From contig CAKOKD010000001.1 in NCBI GenBank assembly GCA_934090935.1, forward strand, positions 98,571-162,570: a stretch of 64,000 bases of DNA, read 5' to 3'. Made by a program: the position numbers and the translations under genes. The stretch is from an uncultured Bacilli bacterium (lineage in GTDB: Bacteria; Bacillota_I; Bacilli_A; RF39; UBA660). Below the pieces are notes generated by a model. That model worked only from the letters and a program-made list of their open reading frames with translations. It made no database searches and was not told the origin of the DNA. This document shows positions 57,979 through 64,000 of this stretch, piece after piece (the stretch's first letter is position 1; each line of letters begins with the position of its first letter).

Positions 57979-59001
57979 ATGAAGTGTGTAAAAATAAAAG
58001 GAGCTCGTTCATTAGTAAAAGATGAAATAGAAGATACTAAGATAGATGGCAAAAGAGTTGTTATTGATGTAGTTAAAGCAGGAATTTGTGGATCTGATAT
58101 TCACAATTTTGAATCAGGAGAACCGGTTGGTCTAGTTATGGGACATGAGTTTTCAGGTATTGTTGTTGATCAAGGTTCAAGAAATGATTTAAAAGTAGGG
58201 GATCATGTTACCGCTTTACCAATTTCTCCATGTAGAAAATGTTTTGCTTGTAAGTCTGGTAATCCTCAGTATTGTACACATACTTGGGATGATGCTTTAG
58301 GCCTTGCACTTACGAATCCTGGAGCGTATTCTGAAAGAATAAGTGTTGATGCATCCTTAGTTGTGAAATTACCAGAGAATGTAACTTTTGAAGAAGGTGC
58401 AATGGTTGAACCTACAGCAGTTGGATTGCATGCTATACATTTAGCTGATATCAAAGTTGGTGATAAAGTGCTTGTTATTGGTGGAGGAATTATCGGTCTT
58501 GTAAGTGCGATGTTTGCTAAAATGGAAGGAGCAAGCTATGTAGCTGTTTCGGAAACCAATGAATTAAGAGGTAAAAAAGCCGTTGATTTAAAAGTGGCAG
58601 ATGAATATTTGGATGCTAAAGATGATTTTATAAATAAGTGTTTTGGTAAAACATTGGATGGTTTTGATGTTGTAATCGATTGTTGCGGTAATGAAGCTGC
58701 TGTTACGAGTGCGATGATGGTCACTCGTGGTGGTGGAACTATCGTATTGGTCGGAGTGTCAACAAAACCTATAACTATTCCAACCGTTGTAAGCGTATTA
58801 CATGAACAAACTATTAAGGGTGCGATTGCTTATACTGAAGAAGAATTTAAAGTGTGTGTAGATTTAATTTCACACAAAAGAATTGATGTATCGAGGTTTG
58901 TTGATAAAGTCGTATCTTTAGATGAAGTTCAAAATGCTTTTGAAGAACTTACTAGTGGTGTAAGTCCTTCTGTAAAGATACTAATTGATCCAAAAAAATA
59001 A
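57979..59001 (+). CDS. Zn-dependent alcohol dehydrogenase (MDR; sorbitol/threonine-DH-like).
   Basis: GICGSDIH...GHEFSG, structural Zn CRKCFACKSGNPQYC, and GGGIIGL. Confidence 0.85.
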   Translation: MKCVKIKGARSLVKDEIEDTKIDGKRVVIDVVKAGICGSDIHNFESGEPVGLVMGHEFSGIVVDQGSRNDLKVGDHVTALPISPCRKCFACKSGNPQYCTHTWDDALGLALTNPGAYSERISVDASLVVKLPENVTFEEGAMVEPTAVGLHAIHLADIKVGDKVLVIGGGIIGLVSAMFAKMEGASYVAVSETNELRGKKAVDLKVADEYLDAKDDFINKCFGKTLDGFDVVIDCCGNEAAVTSAMMVTRGGGTIVLVGVSTKPITIPTVVSVLHEQTIKGAIAYTEEEFKVCVDLISHKRIDVSRFVDKVVSLDEVQNAFEELTSGVSPSVKILIDPKK

Positions 59002-59022
59002 GAGCTTAACGGCTCTTTTTTT
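59001..59022. terminator. Bidirectional intrinsic terminator.
   Basis: AGAGC-ttaacg-GCTCT with T7 downstream and T-rich sequence on the opposite strand. Confidence 0.7.
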
Positions 59023-59416
59023 GACTATATTCTATTTTTTCATCAATAAAATTTTGATTTAAAATGAAATTTAACTCTTCATCAGTTAATACATTTATTC
59101 TATTCTCTTGATTGCTGTTCTTCTTTTGTTCTTCATTTAATTCTTCAGTTAGTTCCTTATATTCTCTTATAAAACATGTTAAGTGATTAAATCCTTCTAA
59201 ATCAAGAGATTCGTCATAGCTTATCTTACCACTTAAAAATAAAAATTCTTTTAAATATGAACGACCATTTTGAAATAAGGGTTTATAAATTACGACATCA
59301 GGAAACGCTTCTGATGTTCCTGTATATGTAAGCTTTACTTCCATTATTCCAATTATATTTTTCTCTAAAAGATTTTTCCCCTTAAAATGTTTACATATAT
59401 CATATTTTTTTAACAT
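59006..59416 (-). CDS. Hypothetical protein (136 aa).
   Basis: ORF only. Confidence 0.4.
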   Translation of the reverse strand: MLKKYDICKHFKGKNLLEKNIIGIMEVKLTYTGTSEAFPDVVIYKPLFQNGRSYLKEFLFLSGKISYDESLDLEGFNHLTCFIREYKELTEELNEEQKKNSNQENRINVLTDEELNFILNQNFIDEKIEYSQKKSR

Positions 59417-59532
59417 ATTACCACCTAATTTGATTATACTATTCTTTATAATTTATAGCAATATTGGAAAACATAACTTATATTATTATGTTTCAATAAA
59501 AAGCTTAATTAAAAAAATTGCATTAAGCAATT

Positions 59533-60309
59533 TTATTTTTTTTCTTTAATTTTATTAACTGTTTCAACTAAGTTTTCTTTTCCAAAGGCATTTAAAACTT
59601 CAATAGGTACTGCAAATATAATCGTATTTGATTGATCTGATGAAACATCATTTATAGTGGCAAGTGTTCTTAAATGAAGTGCACCTGGACTTGATGCCAT
59701 AATGTTTGCAGCTTCAGCTAAGTTTTCTGCGGCTTCTTTTTCACCAGTTGATTTAGTTATAACAGCTTGTTTTTCTCTTTCAGCCTCAGCAACTTTAGCA
59801 ATTACTCTTTGCATCTCCTCTGGAAGTTTTACATCTTTAAGTTCAACATTTTCGACTTTTATTCCCCATGGATCAGTAGCTTCATCGATAATTTTGCAAA
59901 TCTCTTCAGAGATTTTATCTCTTTCGACTAAAAGCTCATCTAAAGATACAGCACCAACTACATTACGCATTGTAGTTTGAGCAAGTTGAGACACTGCATA
60001 TTGAAATCTTTCAACCGCGATAATGGCTTTTGCAGCATCAAATACTTTATAATAGATAACGGCATTTATTCTAATACTTACATTATCCTTTGTAATCGCA
60101 TCTTGTTCTGGAACATCAACTGCTTTTGTTCGAATATCAACTTTACTCATTGAATTTATAATCGGTAAAACAATATTCCATCCTGGTTTAAGAATTTTTT
60201 TAAACTTACCACAGGAAAATAAGATTCCTCTTTCATATTCGTTAACTTGTTTTATTGAACATAATAAGATAATAACAATAAAAACTATAATTCCAATCGT
60301 GATTTCCAT
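59533..60309 (-). CDS. SPFH/band-7 (stomatin/prohibitin-like) membrane protein.
   Basis: N-terminal TM, then RTKAVDVPEQDAITKDNVSIRINAVIYYKV...VSLDELLVERDKIS...VELKDVKLPEE. Confidence 0.85.
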   Translation of the reverse strand: MEITIGIIVFIVIILLCSIKQVNEYERGILFSCGKFKKILKPGWNIVLPIINSMSKVDIRTKAVDVPEQDAITKDNVSIRINAVIYYKVFDAAKAIIAVERFQYAVSQLAQTTMRNVVGAVSLDELLVERDKISEEICKIIDEATDPWGIKVENVELKDVKLPEEMQRVIAKVAEAEREKQAVITKSTGEKEAAENLAEAANIMASSPGALHLRTLATINDVSSDQSNTIIFAVPIEVLNAFGKENLVETVNKIKEKK

Positions 60310-60404
60310 AAAATATCCTCCTTACAAGTATTGTATAACTTAACTGTCAAAAATACAACTAACATTGACTTTTAAAATGCTGTGCATTAAGATAAATCTA
60401 GAAG

Positions 60405-60956
60405 GTGTGTGAATTTATGAAAAATATTCCATTGTTGAATTTGATATTCAGTGTATTGATTTTTCTTTTAGGAATCATTTATATTTCTTTTCCAACTTAT
60501 TATGGATTAGACGTTATGAGTGAAATTCAAACAGGAAATCTATTTTTAAGCTTTATAATTATATATTCTCTTTTTAACTTTTATGCTTATATAGCTGATA
60601 GAAAAAATAAAAAGAATTTGTTTTTGTTTATAATCGTTTTAGTTGTTGGATTAATTTCATATTGTTTGATGAAAACAATTCATGCATTTTTAGTTGTTCC
60701 AATAAGCATTATGATATTTTTATTTTTTATCGATACCTATAATGTATTTATTATCAGTGGTCTTAATAGTAAAAAGGATGTATTTGTGTCATTAAATGTT
60801 GTTTTGCTTGTAATTCTTAACTGTTTTGGTATAATACTTTCGTTTAATATGTTAAATGATTTTGTTCTTCAAACTATTATGCTTGGTTTCTTTATATCGA
60901 TTGTTGGAGCAATAGATTTTATTGAAACCAGTTTTAAAAACTTGAAAGTTAGGTGA
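60405..60956 (+). CDS. Hypothetical polytopic membrane protein.
   Basis: 183 aa, 5-6 helices. Confidence 0.45.
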   Translation: MCEFMKNIPLLNLIFSVLIFLLGIIYISFPTYYGLDVMSEIQTGNLFLSFIIIYSLFNFYAYIADRKNKKNLFLFIIVLVVGLISYCLMKTIHAFLVVPISIMIFLFFIDTYNVFIISGLNSKKDVFVSLNVVLLVILNCFGIILSFNMLNDFVLQTIMLGFFISIVGAIDFIETSFKNLKVR

Positions 60957-60960
60957 TATT

Positions 60961-61839
60961 ATGAAAGTTGTTAATGATTTTAATCAATATAAAATAATAG
61001 ATATGGCAAGTGGTGAAAAACTTGAGGATTGGAATGGTATAACTTTGCTTAGACCGGATCCTCAAATAATTTGGAATAAACAAATAGATAAAAAAATCCT
61101 TGAAAAAGTTGATGCAAGATATGAAAGAAGTAAGAGTGGTGGTGGAATGTGGCAAATAAGAAGAAATATTCCAACATCTTGGCAAATAAGCTATAAAGAT
61201 TTGACATTTAATTTAAAGTTGATGGGATTTAAACATACAGGATTATTCCCTGAACAAGCGTATAATTGGAATATCTTAAGAAATAAAATAAAAAATGAGT
61301 CAAGACATATAAATGTTCTTAATTTATTTGCTTATACTGGAGGGGCAAGTGTTGCTGCGTTGAGTGCTGGAGCAAGTGTTGTTCATGTTGATTCATCTAA
61401 AGGTATGGTTGATTGGGCAAAGGAAAATGTCAAATCAAGTGGTCTAGAGGATAAACCAATTAGATTTATTGTTGATGATGTTAAAAAGTTTGTTGAAAGA
61501 GAAATAAGAAGAGGTCATAAATATGACATTATTATAATGGATCCTCCTTCATTTGGAAGAGGAGCTAATAAAGAGGTATGGAATATTGAAACAGATCTTT
61601 TTGAGTTGGTTAGCAACTGCACAGAACTTTTAAGCGATGATCCAATAATGTTTTTAATAAATTCATACACTACGGGACTTTCAATGACTGTTTTAAAAAA
61701 TGTTTTAAGCTTAACTGTTAATAAAAAGTATTCTGGTTATATAGATACCGATGAAGTTGGTATTCAAATGGAAAATTCAGAACTTGTTTTACCTTGTGGT
61801 ATATATGCTAGATGGGAAAAAGAAAAGACGGAGAATTAA
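60961..61839 (+). CDS. Class I SAM-dependent methyltransferase (RlmI/RlmK-like rRNA MTase fold).
   Basis: VLNLFAYTGGASVAA (motif I) and IIIMDPPSFGRG (motif IV). Confidence 0.75.
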   Translation: MKVVNDFNQYKIIDMASGEKLEDWNGITLLRPDPQIIWNKQIDKKILEKVDARYERSKSGGGMWQIRRNIPTSWQISYKDLTFNLKLMGFKHTGLFPEQAYNWNILRNKIKNESRHINVLNLFAYTGGASVAALSAGASVVHVDSSKGMVDWAKENVKSSGLEDKPIRFIVDDVKKFVEREIRRGHKYDIIIMDPPSFGRGANKEVWNIETDLFELVSNCTELLSDDPIMFLINSYTTGLSMTVLKNVLSLTVNKKYSGYIDTDEVGIQMENSELVLPCGIYARWEKEKTEN

Positions 61840-62726
61840 TTTTCTTCGTCTTTATTATATATTGAATCATCATCAGTTAATTCATCATCGTTTTTAAATA
61901 TATCATCGAGTTTTGAATCAATATCATCAAAATCGCTTGGAATTTCTTCTAATGTGAATTCATCTTTATCATCATCATCTGATTCAACTTTTTCCTTGTC
62001 TGAATCATCAGCTAAAATAAATTCTTCATCATCAAATTCTTTAGATTCATTATTTTCTTCTTCATCTTCTACTTTATCTTTTGATTCTTCATCTTTTTCT
62101 TCTGTTTCTTCATCAATATTTTTTAATTCTGTATCTAGATCGATATCATAAAGGTCGACTTCTTTTTCTTCTTCATTTCTGCTATTAATAATAGCATCTG
62201 CATCTTCGAAGTATGAGCAAAGATTTTCTTTATGATCGTTTGCATAATCAATTATTTCATTGATTGATCTACGATAATACTCTTCAGCATCACATATTTT
62301 TATGAAACAGTCCTCAATCGCGTTTTTTTCTTGTGTAAGGACAACTAACTTTTCTTTTACTTTTTCAGCTTTATCGACAAGTTCATTCATCGATGCTTTA
62401 TCCTTAACAATTTTTCTTTTTCTTTCTTCTATTTTTAAAGATATTTCTTTATTGGCTGCAACAAGGATATTAGCAAGTTCATCATCTTTGAATCTTTCAA
62501 CTAATCTTTTATAGTCTTCAGAAAAACCTACTATATCAGCGTTCATTTTTTCAACTTTTTCTTTAGCTTCAAAGAAATCTTTTTTATATTTTTTTACTTT
62601 TGATAACTCAGCATTGATTTCTTTATCGTTTGCTTTTAGTTTTTTCTCATATTCTTTCTTTATTGTTGCTAGATTATCAATTATTTCATTGAGTCTAGTG
62701 TTAGTTTCACTTACTAAATTATCCAT
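61836..62726 (-). CDS. Hypothetical coiled-coil protein with a highly acidic aspartate/glutamate-rich C-terminal tail.
   Basis: ORF. Its stop overlaps the convergent methyltransferase stop at a shared TTAA. Confidence 0.45.
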   Translation of the reverse strand: MDNLVSETNTRLNEIIDNLATIKKEYEKKLKANDKEINAELSKVKKYKKDFFEAKEKVEKMNADIVGFSEDYKRLVERFKDDELANILVAANKEISLKIEERKRKIVKDKASMNELVDKAEKVKEKLVVLTQEKNAIEDCFIKICDAEEYYRRSINEIIDYANDHKENLCSYFEDADAIINSRNEEEKEVDLYDIDLDTELKNIDEETEEKDEESKDKVEDEEENNESKEFDDEEFILADDSDKEKVESDDDDKDEFTLEEIPSDFDDIDSKLDDIFKNDDELTDDDSIYNKDEEN

Positions 62727-62811
62727 ATTTATACCTCTCTATTCTCAATATGAATTATATCAAAGCATAAGATGTTTGTAAATAATTTTTAAAATAATAT
62801 TTATTTTTGTA

Positions 62812-62840
62812 TTGACAAAAGCTTATTACTAATTTATACT
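62812..62840 (+). promoter_or_regulatory. Sigma-A promoter (TTGACA, 17 nt, TATACT) with no downstream CDS.
   Basis: Exact -35 hexamer, 17-nt spacer, near-consensus -10. Confidence 0.55.
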
Positions 62841-62846
62841 TAAGTT

Positions 62847-63212
62847 ACTTAGTAGGGTAGCGAACTAAGTGAAGAATTATTGTAATTATTAATCCAAACA
62901 GTAATTACACACGTTTCTTTTATTGTTTATTTTATGTAGAAATATGAGTTTATAAAACCGTTTCATAAATCATAAAATATTCATGATGATTAGACTTAGT
63001 TAGAAATTTTTTATTAGGACGGGATGTTTTAGTAAATGTTTCTTATTTACCCAGAGATGTCAATAGGGATCTTATCTATGCTAAGTGTGTACGTACATTG
63101 AGAAAGAAAACTCATTATTTAGATAAGCAAGTTTGAATCGTGAACTGACATTTACAGTTTGAACTTGATCTTTAAACTAGAAAATACATAGTTGTCAGCT
63201 GTGTATTTTTTT
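62847..63212 (+). ncRNA. Candidate ~365-nt small RNA (promoter-to-terminator unit). It may encode a 21-aa hydrophobic peptide (63036-63101).
   Basis: Promoter at 62812. Internal hairpins: CTTAGT...ACTAAG; TGTAATTA-13-TAATTACA; long-range CTTATCTA/TAGATAAG. Terminator ATACATA-loop-TGTGTAT+T8 at 63183-63212. No long ORF. Confidence 0.4.
63183..63212 (+). terminator. Intrinsic terminator.
   Basis: 7-bp stem (one G-U pair) plus T8. Confidence 0.6.
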
Positions 63213-63231
63213 TATTTACTAAATTTAGGAT

Positions 63232-63260
63232 ATTGCATATGGTAAGTGTTTTTGATATAC
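63232..63260 (+). promoter_or_regulatory. Sigma-A promoter (TTGCAT, 17 nt, TATACT) for the downstream secreted-protein gene.
   Basis: Hexamers and spacing seen directly. ATG lies 25 nt downstream of -10. Confidence 0.5.
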
Positions 63261-63284
63261 TTTATATAGAATAGGATGGGTTTT

Positions 63285-64000
63285 ATGGGAAAGAAATATT
63301 TTTTATGTTTTCTTTCTGTTTTAAGTGTATTTCTATTTTCTCCAAATGTTAAAGCTGAAGAGGATACATCATGCAATTATAATTCACGTGCTTATTTGAA
63401 CAAGATTGCATCATCGGTTAAAGCATCTTATGATTTCAAATATGAAAGCGATGGATCAATTTCTTTTGATATTTCAGTTTATAATATAACGGATGAGATA
63501 TATGTAAGTTATAGATCTGACTTAAGTGAAGAGGAAACTAAGATATTTGCAAGTATGGCTAGTGATGGAACTTATACTTTTAATGTTAAAGATATCGATA
63601 ATATCATAACTTATACATTTACGGTAAGAAGTTTAAAATATGGATGTACACATAATATTAGGACATTTACTTTGATAAAGCCTAAATGGAATTCCTATAG
63701 TGATTTAGATATATGCAAGTATGAGGCTTTAGAGGATTATTTCTATTGTCAAAAGTGGATATCACAGGAGCTTGAAGGAACAAATGAAGCGATTATAAAA
63801 AAGATAAATGATAAAAGAAATAGTTTGAGAAAATCAACTACAACAAGATGCATTGAATGTGAAAAGGAAGAGAAAGAAAAGAGTGCTAGAGAAGAATATT
63901 TAAGAAGAAAATATTTGATGATTGGTTCTTTATCGATTGGCATTATTTTAGATATATGTGCAATTATATTTATGATTGTTAGAATAAGGAGGTATAGCAT
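63285..64000 (+). CDS. Secreted/membrane-anchored protein, 3' partial (runs off the window).
   Basis: AGGATGGG RBS. Signal peptide MGKKYFLCFLSVLSVFLFSPNVKA. Open frame to the window end (checked codon by codon). C-terminal hydrophobic segment. Absent from the ORF track because it has no stop. Confidence 0.6.
   Translation, partial: MGKKYFLCFLSVLSVFLFSPNVKAEEDTSCNYNSRAYLNKIASSVKASYDFKYESDGSISFDISVYNITDEIYVSYRSDLSEEETKIFASMASDGTYTFNVKDIDNIITYTFTVRSLKYGCTHNIRTFTLIKPKWNSYSDLDICKYEALEDYFYCQKWISQELEGTNEAIIKKINDKRNSLRKSTTTRCIECEKEEKEKSAREEYLRRKYLMIGSLSIGIILDICAIIFMIVRIRRYS

Noticed and set aside
63749-64000. 83-aa minus-strand ORF at the window end.
   Set aside because: It is antisense to a better-supported + strand gene with promoter, RBS and signal peptide.

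Overview
This window is low-GC Firmicutes-type chromosomal DNA; the CotJB/CotJC pair suggests a spore-former. Most of it is cell-envelope and housekeeping genes.

Main coding content:
- A ~9 kb gene for a giant surface protein with Fn3-like repeats, a perfect 36-nt tandem repeat and a ~1 kb glycine-rich internal duplication.
- An LtaS-family sulfatase.
- A GtrA / membrane protein / GT2 / Glf glycosylation set.
- Four fused ABC exporters.
- A Ca-type P-type ATPase.
- An amidase with LysM repeats.
- Complete uvrB and a CBS-containing family-II pyrophosphatase.
- Redox enzymes: PAP2 phosphatase, SDR and Zn-ADH.
- An SPFH/band-7 protein.

Points worth a second look:
1. A translationally coupled two-gene module: an ABC-type AAA ATPase plus a small TOPRIM/DUF4276-like partner (21.9-23.6 kb). 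It resembles known ATPase+nuclease anti-phage modules.
2. A stand-alone HerA/DUF87-type ATPase.
3. An orphan LL-H-type holin + M15 endolysin cassette. It sits in a block of hypothetical proteins with no signal peptides and a stand-alone RNA-polymerase alpha-CTD-like mini-protein.
4. A ~330-bp degenerate direct duplication of the uvrB promoter and 5' end. It brackets an unknown 140-aa ORF.
5. Two promoter-to-terminator non-coding units: a ~500-nt structured leader upstream of a membrane-protein gene, and a ~365-nt stand-alone sRNA candidate.
6. A GGGtGRT protein pair.
7. An ABC exporter / ATP-grasp / unknown trio.

No tRNA, rRNA, CRISPR, transposase or integrase genes were recognised.
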